NCBI GenBank assembly: GCA_010093605.1
Contig: MU004185.1
Span: 1,199,334-1,263,333 of the forward strand
From: Lophium mytilinum
Lineage: Eukaryota
DNA: 64,000 nt
Reading direction: 5' to 3'
In this document: piece after piece, positions 24,761-37,235 of the stretch
Layout: every line of letters starts with the position of its first letter
Position numbering within the stretch: the stretch's first letter is position 1
Translations under genes and position numbers: made by a program
Notes under the pieces: model-generated
Seen by the model: the letters and a program-made list of their open reading frames with translations, nothing else
The model's database searches: none
Told to the model about the DNA's origin: nothing

Positions 24761-24895
24761 GTACGTGGAGCTATACGCAAGGCCGTACGCGAGGCCGTAC
24801 GTGAGACCATAAATACAAAGCGGCTCGTAGAACCGTACGTAGGCCGGTAAGCTAGGCCATCTATATAGCTAGACATAAGGCTGTACGTAAGGCCA
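24761..24895. repeat. Degenerate ~12-nt tandem array (consensus approx. GTACGYRAGGCC)
   Basis: Units include gtacgtggagct, atacgcaaggcc, gtacgcgaggcc, gtacgtgagacc and gtacgtaaggcc. Confidence 0.75.
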
Positions 24896-25031
24896 TAATG
24901 CTCTATTGCTATCTGCCGTGCCAACACGCCCTGACGCCTAGGCGATTGTCGAAACTGCTAGTTTCGCATTGTATAAAGGCCACCCCTCTATCGAACCTAA
25001 TTTGTAGGCACAGCATGGGGAATAGACCATC

Positions 25032-25155
25032 TCACGAGCTACATTACGAGCTACCTCCCAAGCTACCCCAAAGCTACCCCCGAGCTGCCTTACGAGCTGA
25101 CTCTCGAGCTGTCTCACAAGCTGAGTTGAGAGCTGCCTTACGAGATGCCTTACAA
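25032..25155. repeat. Degenerate 12-nt tandem array (consensus approx. CGAGCTGCCTTA)
   Basis: Units include cgagctgcctta, cgagctgactct, cgagctgtctca, caagctgagttg, agagctgcctta and cgagatgcctta. Confidence 0.8.
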
Positions 25156-25681
25156 GAAAGCCCGAAGGTCAAAAGTATGTGAGTGGATCCGGAAGAGGAA
25201 TCGGCCATTTAACCTAGCCAATTCAAACGCGATGAAGGAGGGTCTTAAACTCCTCGCCACAATTCAACCCAATAAGGGTTGCACATCTAATCTCGTAGGC
25301 TGAGCCAGGCGTAATCTATTATACGGGGCTGTGTTCGCCAAGCTTAAAGGCTGCCAGGTTGCCTTCGTGGCGCAACTTACCTACGCTCACCTCCACTCAC
25401 TGTCTACCACGTCCAGCCTCTGGGTCCTTCAAACCCCGTCCAATGGAGCGACCGGTCAACTTGATTATGTAGTTGCCCCTTTCCCTTCCGAGACTGTGTC
25501 CGTGCCGCACCGTCTTACTTACACCTAATCCTCTTAAGCCAGGTGGGGCAACTGAGGTCTCCGCATCGCGGCGTCGTCAACGAAAAGGCGGCATAACTTC
25601 ACCGCAACATGGAGATTCTGAAGGCTTTGACATTTCAGACAGCGTTTTAGAACATCTATTGTTCTAGAGCTTCCTTACAGG

Positions 25682-28600
25682 ATGAGGTACGTGTGCCGAA
25701 AGAAGGTCCAGCTGGAGAAAGTCCAACCCAAGCCCCCACATTCCCGACAAATTCCTCGACGTACTACCGAATAACCGTTAAATAGTTCAATTGAAGCTCA
25801 TAAGAGCGCTACTCCAAATCTAGTCTTTATTGAGGCCCAGAACGCGTTCTTGGACTCCCTCCCCCCTTGCGAGCGGAAAGCATTTGCAAAATGTGCCTCG
25901 GTCAAGGAGCTCATCGCAGACATCAAAAACAAAAGAATCTCCTCACGTAATCCAACACTACTCCGAAGAGCAGTCGGAATGCTTGAACGGCTGAATCAAG
26001 CACTGTCGCCGTACTTTGATGCGATTGGCATGTTTGTTCAGTCGCATCCGGAGTTCGCAGCACTTGCATGGGGTGGCATAAGGCTCGCCCTACAAGTGAG
26101 TCCTAGTAACATCTTGATATAGAAAAAGCTGACCCGTTTTAATAGCTTGCCAGCAACTACACCACCTTCTTCGCGAAACTCGAGCGTACGCTTGAACGGT
26201 TGAGGCAGGAATTCCCTCAATATGACGAGTTAATGGCTCAGTTCAAAAAGAGTCCACCACCTTCTCGACTCAAGGAGTCATTAACCGCCCTCTATAGCAA
26301 GCTTCTCCATTTTATCCAGACTGTAGTAGGTATATTTACTCGAAAAGACGGAAGTGAGTCATTCTTGCCACTTTAACTATCAATGTAGCTTACGAGGCCA
26401 GCTGCGCGAAGGAGCCACGCGGTGTTCGCTGACATCTGCTGGAGACCATACGATCTTCGATTCCAAGACCTCCTAGAGGACATGAAATTTCGTAGCGAAG
26501 TTGTCAAATCTACAGTACAATTTGCAGCGTACCATGAAATTCGAAACATGAATCAGAAAGCAGAAGAGAAATCAACGAATACCACCAAATCATTACAAGA
26601 GCTTCAGTCTCTCCGGGATAACTTAGAAAAGGCAAAAGCTGTAGTAGATACTGGAGTAACTCAACTAAACGAAATGCACCAATTGATTGTCGATCGACGT
26701 GATCGCGATGAAAGCCGGCATCATGGTAATTACAGCAGGCTGTCGAGTACCTAAGATGCCAATGTCTAACGAGAAGTAGTCGAAACCTTGAGAAATATGA
26801 AGAGTTGGCTTGAGCCTCCCGTGTTTGCAGAGGAGTTCGAACAAGCGATCGAGGTCCGTGAGGATGGGACGGCCGAATGGCTCTTTCGGGAACCGGCATT
26901 CGCGAGATGGAGTACTAAACCAACGACTGATGAAACAAAACTACACCACGGCATATGGACCAGATCTCTGTGGATACTCGGTATGTCTGACGGAAGAAAC
27001 CACCGTTGTCTAGCTAACATCATCTCAAAAAGGAAACCCTGGATGTGGTAAGACGATTCTAGCAGCGTCGACGATAGACGAACTTCGTTGCGCAGCTGGA
27101 CGGGAAACAACTTGCTATTTCTTTTTTAAAGCCCGGGCACAGGAGTCGGATAGCCGTACCCAGGCTTACAGAGCTATTTTGTCCCAAACGCTACAACAGC
27201 ACCATGACAACTGGATCCTCATCAACAAATTTGTCTTCGCCATGGTTCATCAATCCAGTGGACAGATAAGAGCGACGGGACAGGAACTCAACGATCTTCT
27301 TCGATGTTGTGCGAAGGCTGGTTTTATCCAAAACATCGTCCTGGATGGTATTGACGAATGCAACCACCCTAGCGCATTCTTATCAGACCTCTCAAAAACG
27401 CTGGATGGAACTTCCGTGAAGATCATTCTGTTCAGTCGGCCTCATGTCAAGATACCCACCTCAGTTCCACTTGAGAGCAGGCTTACTATCGAAGATTCGA
27501 CAACTCCAGACATTAAAACTTTCTTAAAGAGAAGGCTGGAAGAATTTCTTGATCAGGGGCTACTACAGCCTGATATTGATATCCATGACGTACTGTCACC
27601 ATTGAGCATTGGAGCAGGTGGTATGTTCTTGTGGGCTCGTCTGATGATCGACTATCTAGCCTCTAGGGGTTTAACAATCACCGAACGTCTTAAGTTGATC
27701 AAGTCCGTCACCCTGCCAGAGGGACTGGATAAGATGTATGAGCGAATATTCGAGTCTTTGAGTCAAGGTTCTGGTCCCGACCAGGCTCTTGGTAGATGGA
27801 TCTTTATGTGGGTTACGTTCTCACCCCGGAACCTCCTCGCGAGCGAATTGGAAGCTACCTTTAATGTCAGATCCACTGAAGAGCCCGACAACGACGCAGA
27901 TTTCTCAGAGCTCTCTGAAGTGATAATCTTCATTTGTGGATCTCTTGTGGAAAGAGTCATAACGCTAGATGAAAAGAACAAGACTAGGGTCCTATGCTAT
28001 CGTTTCATACACCTATCTGTGAGCGAATTCTTAGAAGCACGCTTATGTCATGGACCCAGCTGGTTTCTGCTGTCCACATCAGACTCCCATTTATCCATGG
28101 CTAGGAGCTCGCTTCAGTATCTATCCCAGGTCTGTACATATATCGAAACGGTCCGAATATCCACCAGCTCTCTCGGTCCCGCACAGAAAGATTTGTTCTC
28201 CACGTCTCTCCTTAGAGAAAAATTCCCATTGTGCGAATATGCCTTGGTTCATTGGATTTGGCATCTGGAAAGACACCACACAACCGCACTAAAGTCCCTT
28301 GAGGATGGGTCATCCTCGCGTGTACATCCGCGACGCTCTGAACCTTTATTCCGAGACATATTACGGCCAACACATCAAGGAATAATGCGCGAGTCTTTTG
28401 CCCTATCCAAAGCGATATTTGATGACTTACTTTCCACCTTGGCTTCATTTTTATCCAGAGGAACGTCACTGATGGCATATATTGAGACGGCTTACGCCTT
28501 AGATGCTATTGGAAAAATAAACTTTGAATCCTTCCAGAGGTGGTTGATTTGGGCCGCCCCAGAAGCGGTGGTTACCGTTGGCGAAGAAGAAGATTTCGAC

Positions 28601-30418
28601 AAGACTTTTCAAGCCGCTGCCGAGTTGGTCTCCTATTTAATGGTTTTGAATGAAGATTGGGGGCCAACGCTCCAGAAAAGACCGTATCTTATCTGGGACG
28701 AGGTCACAGCATTCACGCCTTGCCGCCTGCTTCGGCAAACGACATCGACGAAGATCCAATCTTTGGTTTCTGATAGAGTAGGAGGTCCAAGTGTGAGCTC
28801 TAAGCCTCTTTGTAAAGTGTCCGAGATTAGCAACGATCAGAAGCACATCGGAATCTTGAGTATCTGGCCTTCAGCGTAAGCATTACTGGCAGCGTCTTTC
28901 TTTCTCTTTAAGTATTGACAAATAAGCAGGGGTTATGAGAAATTACCGCATCAAAGCGACCATTCCTACATCTCCATGGACACAGTATATGAATCTGCCT
29001 CTGGCTGGGTTGCACGCTACGAGGTGTGGACACTCGATTTTGAGCCTAAATGCCTTGTGGATGCTCGTATGGCCTTGAAAAGCGATGATGTTTGGCGACA
29101 ATATTGTCACTCATTGGTGAAGTTCCCGGATAGACCAGGCTTCAGGCTGCAGTTCCCTATCAACATCAGTACTTGCATCTATCGATTCAGCATCCTTCAA
29201 AATGTATACTCCATCCAAATCAACAATGCAAGGACCGAGGCAATAGTGTCGATATCATCCCTCCCACTGTCACTTGACGAAATACTCTCACCCTTTTGGC
29301 TACCTCACAAGGAATGGAATTCCATTTCACGAGGGGAATGCTTCGAGTCTTGGCGACGGATTGAACATTCTCTAGTCTATTTTATAGTCTTCTCCCCTGA
29401 AGGTGACTGCGTATTCTTCATGGGAAAGGTCTCTACCACCAATTTCGCTCATCTCGCCATCTTCGATCTCCGCCAGTCTCAGGATCTTCCAAGCCCACGA
29501 GCGACTTTATTCAAGTATTTCTCTGATTGGACGGCAAGAATGCTACGCCCCCCAGATACCAAGCAGACACTGCATCCAAAGTATCCACTTGCAGTCTTTA
29601 GTATCATTGGGTTAGTGTACCTCTGGAATTGCCAATCTGAAGATAGTGATACTACGAACCCGCCATTCATGGAAGCGTATCCACTCGATAGCTTAGACCC
29701 TGAAGCGCGGCTCTGGCATTGCTACCATATGAGAGGTGACTTCGATAGTATTACATTCTCAGCGGACGGCGATCATATTGTTCTAGTATCCAACAACTCC
29801 ACTGTCGCTCATCCAGTCGTGATCAGTCTGCCCAATCACATCCTCGCCAAATTCAGTACACTTACGACACCAACCATTCAAAGTTCTGCTATGAAAACAA
29901 GCCCATCTTCCGGGTCATTGAATAAGGCCCAAAGATCCTGTGACTTTTCAGACACTCTGATAAAATCCGCGGACTACGTCGTAGCTACTGATAACACAAG
30001 CTTCGGAGTTTCGACTAACGCCTCGAAGGGTACCATTGAGCTCCAGACCTGGGGGTCATCCAACGGTTCGGATTCGCGTGCTAAGCTAGAGATATCAGCT
30101 CTTCCTGATAGTTGGGGAGCGTGGGGTAATCTCATGAGCACCTCTGCTTCGATTGAGATGCCAAAGACGAGGGACGAGATGATCAGAATCGTCCTCAATC
30201 AAGCGGCGAAACCATGGCATAGCATGATGGAAGTTGGAAGGGATGTACTGCCTGCGGTCATCTATAAGGATGCTGGCTCTGTTAGGATGATTAGTCGGCG
30301 CGGTGGTGGATCGACTACTCGGTCATTGCTTGAGGGCCAAGGACCACAGCATTTGAAGCACAATGACTCGGAGAGTGATGATGCTGAGCCGCCTCCTAAA
30401 CGGGGTCGAAGAGGTTGA
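25682..30418 (+). CDS. Fungal NLR-like STAND protein: helical N-terminal domain (Goodbye/NACHT_N-like), NACHT, atypical C-terminus; about 7 exons
   Basis: The N-terminus reads AALAWGGIRLALQ|LASNYTTFFAKL...LTALYSKLLHF. NACHT motifs are REDGTAEWLF, SLWIL|GNPGCGKTILAA (Walker A split by an intron at ~26981-27032), IVLDGIDEC (Walker B), KIILFSRP, GMFLWARL and LPEGLDKMYERI. The last intron is ~28876-28929. The start is inferred from a 5-nt first exon (ATGAG) and is uncertain. Confidence 0.85.
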
Positions 30419-30778
30419 ATTGTTGTTGAAATACTACCCAGAATAGCTATGGTGGAAGCCAAAACTTGGGGCAGTAAGAGGTTTTGCCTAGAGTCAATTT
30501 GAGATTGCAGCCGGTGGAGTTTAAAGGTCAATTGGAATAGTGAAAGCCCCAGAAGTGCTCAACGGGTATGAAAACCGGGGCCGTTGCCTCTCACTTCAGC
30601 ATTGAGGGTCCTCGCTTCCCACAGACAGGAATAGATCATGAGTCTACGCATACAATTCATCACTGCTTAGCTACGTTTTTGTCCACTTGACAGTCTGATT
30701 TGCACTGCTTGAAACTCGACATCACTCCTGGACTCTTGAACTCAAACTTTGTCCCCGCACACTGAATAACAAGGTATG

Positions 30779-32976
30779 TCATACTAGAGTCAGCGTCATG
30801 CGCTCGAATCCATCATACCAAGGATTCTGGTCGCTCCCAGTAATACCAAGTCGTCGACACTCCTGAGGTACCAACCCAGTGGGGAGAAGAGCTAAACACG
30901 TAATCCCTGCTGTGTCTTCTTCGAGATAGGTGGGCGACTGGTGCTGGCGGAGATAAAGGCACCAAATCTCAGATTTCTCAAGGTACTGGTGAGGTCGCTC
31001 GTCGAAGTTCACGGGCCCAAACACATCACCGGACTCTGGGTTGAATAGCTGCTGTCCTTGCAGGCGCAATGTAGCTTTCTTCACCCATCCGATGAGCTGA
31101 ATTGTACCCTTGTTCACTTGGCCAAAGCGATTATGCCCGGATAATGTGCATTTGATGTCAATGACCTCTATCGTACGATCGTCCGTGTCTTCCATTTCGG
31201 AATTCTCATTCTCGCAAGATCCATCGTCATCGTCTTCTTCACATACATCCTCCTCGCCACACACGTCTTCTTCGTCGTACGATTCCTCGCCAAAACTGTA
31301 TTTGCTCCCACTAACTTGCTGGGTTCTAAGTATCCCGAAGTTCGAGATGGTAGCATTCTTCATAGACGCCCAAGACCATGACGGAGCCACATATAGACCA
31401 GGTGGTCCGCACCTCTGCCCTTCATCACCTTGGCATGACCATTGGAGGCCCAATAAAACGTCGCTTCGCCAAAGACCTGCAGCATAGTCATCTTTCAGAA
31501 TGCGACTCCACTGGCTTGCCACTGCCGAAACTGCGGGAAGCCTATCGGTATCATGTGTCAGATGTCGCCTGCTGTAATCTTCAATCATGCTGTACCATAT
31601 TTTCCAAAGGCCTGAGGTCGGTGCTGCATGTTGCTTTGCTTCCTCTTCGGAAAGAGACTGGAATGCTTTTAGACCCATAGTTCTATCAGTATCATCATAT
31701 CCCATAAGAGTGCTCTCTGTAGCAACGGATGTCAGACACGACCAGTACATCGTCTTTGCACCGAATGATAGGCTTCTTCCGGAAAGTGCCTGCTCTTGGA
31801 ACACCCAGGCCCGCTGATATAATGGCCATACTGCTCGAGACCAGTGGGAGGGGAATACATATATGGCGTCGCTGGCCCATCCTTTAGCATCTGGAGGGCT
31901 TAGAATGATTGATTGCTTGAGAGGAAGCTGGATTGGGCGTTGTAGTCGAGGGTCTCGGACAGCAAAGCAACCTCCGCTACCACTCGAAGACTTCGCAGCT
32001 GAAATAGTACATATAGCGTTCCGATAGACGTTCCCCATGCTTGCGGACTCGTAGTCCCAGTCCTCTTTACTGTCCTGGATGATACACAAAGAGTCGATCC
32101 ACAGGTAACGCACTCCAAGGGCTCTAGTGCTGACAACGGCATCCAGGAAAGTTTGCGAGAGTAATGACAGTGGTATGTTTCGCTGTCTTTCGCTAAGATT
32201 GGCGGTGGTAGTTGTCACTATTTGGGCAATACCCCAGCAATGGCTGAGGGCGACGTAGTGAGCACGTAAGCCCTGAGAGACGAAGAGTCGGACATCATCA
32301 CCACCTGCGCGAGCCCCTACGTCAACAACCCTTGTAGGAAGTTGTGGCCGGTCTTTCGTACAATAACGCGCACACCGTGGATGACTTCCAATGCATTTCT
32401 CAAGCCAATAGCGCGCAAGGTCAAGGCTTTTACAGGATCCCGTAGTTGTATCCGTCGGGTCGTATTCATCGCTTGTGAACCTTTTCAGAATCTCTGTATA
32501 GATTAGCAGTGGGCCCCAGCGCTAGATCATCAACTAAAAGGCGAGAGCAGTCCCTGAAACACGGCCAATGAGTTGCAAGACATACCTGATATGCGCACAA
32601 GTTTGAATACAGGAGCCCTGTTCTCGCAATAGATCCTGAAAGCAGCTCTGTCATCACGCCCTAGTAGCATAAAAACGACAGGAGAACTTTCATCCTTCGG
32701 CCGCCATGTACCCTCCTCATCGCATCCCCCAAACAAATCTGCGACATGTTTGAGCTCATGATGGATTAGAGAACAAAAGATGCAGCCGTAGCTGCTTGGT
32801 CCGGCCGTAGCTGACTCCTCTAGATCACTTAGTGAGGGAGAATGAAGGTATATTTCGTCGTCAGGCTGAAAGCCGTGAGTGGGTGTCGATGAGCCACATT
32901 TCTGCTCAATATCATCCAGATTGGAGTCGTCCACTACTTCAAATTCGATTGATCGGCATTTGACACAAAAGGCCAT
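30779..32976 (-). CDS. HET-domain protein (TOL-like type with Cys-rich N-terminus), 2 exons, ~701 aa
   Basis: Intron 32585-32494. Motifs: FCVKC...CIFCSL, WLEKCIGSHPRC, LPTRVVDV, YVALSHCWG, TFLDAV, YLWIDSLCIIQDSKEDW, MGNVYRNA, LYQRAWVFQE, YSRRHLT..DRLPAVSAVA, APSWSWAS. Confidence 0.92.
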
Positions 32977-33414
32977 GGTTAAGCTGAAAGAGGGTATCTG
33001 GTACGAATACCGGCTAACTCCTTGATGAGACGAAAGTTGCTGTTCAACCGGTTCATTATCAGGAGGTCGGATACAGTGTGCGATTTTAGCTTTCGATGAT
33101 AACTATGGGCCGAGTAATATGGTCGAGGTCAGGAAAGTCGAGACTCCGTTTGTTTGCTAAAGCAACCAGTAGTAAGACGCCGCGTATTGGTGAGAGATAA
33201 AACACTAGCGCGTTGGCAAAATTGCTGACTCATCCGACTTATTTGCGTGATTTGCACCACTTGAAAATTGACATCGCGACTAAACTTTGAGACTCGCATG
33301 GGGGTACCCCAAATAGTGGTAAACGGGTGCATATAGGCTTATATCCTCGCTCTGTATCCACGGCTTTCTATGGCTATCCCAAAACGCCATCAATCTTCCG
33401 CCTTAAAACTCATC

Positions 33415-36400
33415 CTAATCGTCGTCATCCCCCACATCATCCACTCCCAACCACTTTGCCCTACACTTGACCGCTTCCGTCCTCACCAACCGCTTTCTAT
33501 CATCCAACGCGCCCGTCAACCGCTTGATCACCTGCCTCCGATATGGCAGCACGATCTCCGTCCTTAGCGACGCCGGAACCTGCGCCAGACACTTCAGCGC
33601 CACCGCTCGAACCCGCGCCGGATCCTGCAACACCCCTTTTGCACCTGCCGCAGGAACCTTGCCTACAGCTGGCGCGGCAATGTTCAACAGCCGCGTGATC
33701 AAACTCCCAACATGCCCTTCGACCGCCTTCGGCAAGTCGGTCAGCAGCATCTCCAGCATGTCCAGCGCAGCCTCTTTCACTACCTCTTCACCCTTTAGAT
33801 CGAGGCTCTGCAAAAGAAGCGGCGCTAGTGTTTCCAATTCCTCTTTGACGACGGCGAACGGAACCCATCGCAGAATGCCGCTTAGTGCGATGAGGTAGTT
33901 TGGTTTCGTCTCTGCGTCCGCTTCTCGGACTCTGGTTGCGATTTCGGGGACTAGGAGCGTGAACACCTTTTGCTTATGGAGGCCGGAGATCGTGCAATGG
34001 TTCTGCTTTGTCAGCAGGTCGTCTGGCTGTAGTAGGGTCGCGAAGCCGTGTGCAAAGAGCTTGCCGAGGTTTTGGTCGGAGAGGAAAGCGAGGAGAGGAG
34101 GGAACAAGGTGTTGAGAAGCGGGCTGTTCCTAAGCACTAGGCCTTTCAGAATCGAGAAGATGACGCGGACGGATGATGAGTTTAGGGTTCGCGGATCGAC
34201 CAGCCCACTTGGGGGCGAGAAGATTGGTTCGATGATCTGTTTGAGAGCTGCAGTTGAAATGAATTTGTTGACGATGAGGGAAATTTGGCAGAGTGAGGCA
34301 GCGCGAACTGGAAGAGAGAGAGACGACTGCTCTGAGAAGCTTATAAGAGCATGTAGAAGGCTTTGTGGGTCACTAGGTAGTGGTACGTCTCTTCGGAAAG
34401 CGGCTAGGAGATGGGCGGAAATCACTGTCCACTTCGTCTGCTGAGGAGTACAGTCGAGGCTGAATGGGGGCAGGTCGCTCTGAGAAAGCTCACTCGAAAG
34501 AGTGTAAGTTGAACTTGCTATTGGAACTTGCGAGGCGCTGGGCTGCGATCGGATGGTGATGTTGCATATTCGCCCAACAAGGTCCAACGTAGATTCGTTG
34601 TCGAATGCTAGTTGAAGGGCTGGATCCGTGCTAGAGACTTGCGAAATGAGTGGTACGACAATAGCTTGGTAATGCGGAGAGGTTTCTTTCGCTTGCCCGA
34701 CTTTGTATGACCCCTGGGTAAGTGCGTACAGAATGGCAGTCATCAATGCTCTAAGATAGGCTGACGAAGCCCCCTGGTTGATTGCCGCATTAAGCTTGTT
34801 TTTGAGCCTTAAAATTACGGTATCGAAGACTGCCGCTTCGCTGCCGAGTTTTGCGAATGCCTCGAGGATTGGAATATAGCTGAGAGATCCATACACGTCA
34901 TTATCGGGTAATTCCGCCATGAAAGCTGGGAACGCTCTATCCACCACCAACTGTGGTTTCTGGTGAGCAATCTCAAGGAGGCCATTGATCGCAGCTGATT
35001 TCATATCATCGTTGCCATGCGATTCCTCTGTAATAACCACGTCGTGGAAGAGTTGGATTATTCTGGTGATTTCTTCGTCTTTGAGAAGTTGCCGAACTTT
35101 TGTGGATTGGAGTAATCCGTTTAGGCATACCACACGAAATGAGACTTCCTTGATCGGCGCTGTGGTGAGTCCGTTGATCATTAATTGAAGAGCCTGCTCA
35201 TTGAACTTGCTCAACGTATTGCTCGCAGGATCGACGTCGGCTTTTTTACTCAAGTACCGCCACTCTCCGAAGACTTTTGAATTAGCTTCCACTAATTTCA
35301 CGTATACCTCAAGCAAGCCCCTTCTCTTTGCGATCGTATCGGCAGTCTGGAAGAGCGTGAATAGGGTTGGAAGAACAATGGCCAAGATAATGTTTGTGAC
35401 TTCTGGGGAAACACTCGAGAGTTGATATAGTATCTGGCCTGTTGCTTGTGACTGCTTTGTGGGAGCGTCTTCGAGGTGCTCGTTGCACTCTTTCGTGACT
35501 GGCCTCAAATAAGCGTTCAAGGAACCGGTGGTACCCTGCGAGAGCGTGCTAGCGATTTCTCCGAGGGCTGTAAGCGCTTCTTGTGCTAAGTCGTCTTCCT
35601 GCGAATTCAAAATCTCGAACTTTAGCGCATCCCAAAGGGTCACTGAATATAACGAAACGGTCCTCGGTCCGTACTCCTTAACACACGAGCTGATGGTCTG
35701 AAGCACGTCACGCTAAAGCATGTTAGCTTCCCGGATGTGGACATCATAATGGAGGCACTGGTATCATACCTTGGTGTTCATAGACGTGGAATCTAGCTTG
35801 TCTAGAAGGGCTGGGAACGAATACGGTGCAAAATCGGCCGTTGATGCAATGCAGTCCCGCAGGCGGTCTTTCAAATCCTGAGCCGTGATCCCGTACGGGT
35901 CGTCAGGCGGTGGTCTGAATGTAATGGGAAAGTAGTTGAAGACGGCGTCGAATAACTCCTAGAGACTTTAGCAATTGCACAAGACATACCCTGGAAACGC
36001 ACCCACCTGAGCATCCGCGCCAATCGTCCACTCAGTCATGGGAACTTTTAGGATGGAAAATACAACCATCAGATTGCGAGGGTCCTTCTCGCCGTCGAAA
36101 TAGGAAATGAAGCGCGACATAAAGTCGGGTGTGGTATCATGTAGAGTTCGTAATGCTCGGCGGAGATCAGCCAAAAAGCCTTGAATATTGATGTTTGAGC
36201 TATTTTCATACCATTTCTATACTTGGCCATCAAGGCATCTATTAGGGTCAGAACCGGATATCTTTCGCTCTGTTGCTTGTACTGTCGTAGTGGGTGGGTG
36301 TTGTTGATCAGTCTATTCTTTTATTAGCATGAATAAGACAGCGTCAGGCTCATTGTACGAACGACTCCGTGACAGCAGTAGCGCGCTCATCATCCCATTT

Positions 36401-36922
36401 CCCACGCTCTTCCAGTGCCATTAATGCCTTTGCGCATGCGCCTAGGCCGTTCCCGTCGTCGGCGATTCGAGAGAGTATGAAGTCGCAAAGTAGGTTTCCT
36501 AGCCCATTGATTCAGTACAGTGCTTTCGATATTTCCGAGAGTATAATATGGGGTAATATAGCAACTCGAGAATGGGCGACATACGCTGGTGTCTCGATAA
36601 CACTTTCGGGGGAACGAAGGATAGCACCTCCGCGAGGTAGGCCATGGCTAGCAGCAGTTAGTATACATTCGTAACATCTTGGAGATATATCGCACCCTTT
36701 CCCCTAATTAACGGTTCCTCATTGTTGATGTATTCCCCCAGCGACTCTATCAACGCGACAAGCTTCAGCTCATTATTCTGGAGTCCTAGGATGCGCGTCA
36801 GTAATTGTCAATCAGAAATGGGAGTCGCATGCTCTCGTACGGGTGGCGGACTGCTCCGCAATGCGCGAGGCCTCCTTCTTGTTCTTGTCAACATCCAACA
36901 GGAAGAGTTGGATATCTGACAT
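33415..36922 (-). CDS. MMS19: MMS19/MET18 cytosolic Fe-S assembly (CIA) targeting and nucleotide excision repair protein, multi-exon
   Basis: Starts [12 protein letters not shown]. Contains [48 protein letters not shown], and the C-terminal [19 protein letters not shown]. Confidence 0.92.
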
Positions 36923-37235
36923 CCTCACGACGACGCTGGTGGTGTTGAAGCTGGATAATCGCGGGCCAAGAAGTTCAGACTTCGGTGCCTTTTGATGACG
37001 AAAGAATCGCGCGGTTGTGATTCGTTGGAGACGATCCTAGCCGATGTCGCTCAGACGTGGGGCAGAAAAATATTTGAGGCCAGGCGGGTGAATTCATTCC
37101 GCGAGAGCACCCTGGGAATACTTGGGATGGCAACGTCACTTCGAATATGAGGGTCTCTTCTCCATAATCTCTCCTCATCTCTTTCTACTTCTTCACTCTC
37201 CTTCACCCTTATTCGCCTTCCCAATTGCGCCCACC

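Noticed and set aside
24761..25155. CRISPR-like array
   Set aside because: The units are contiguous degenerate 12-mers with no unique spacers, and the context is eukaryotic.
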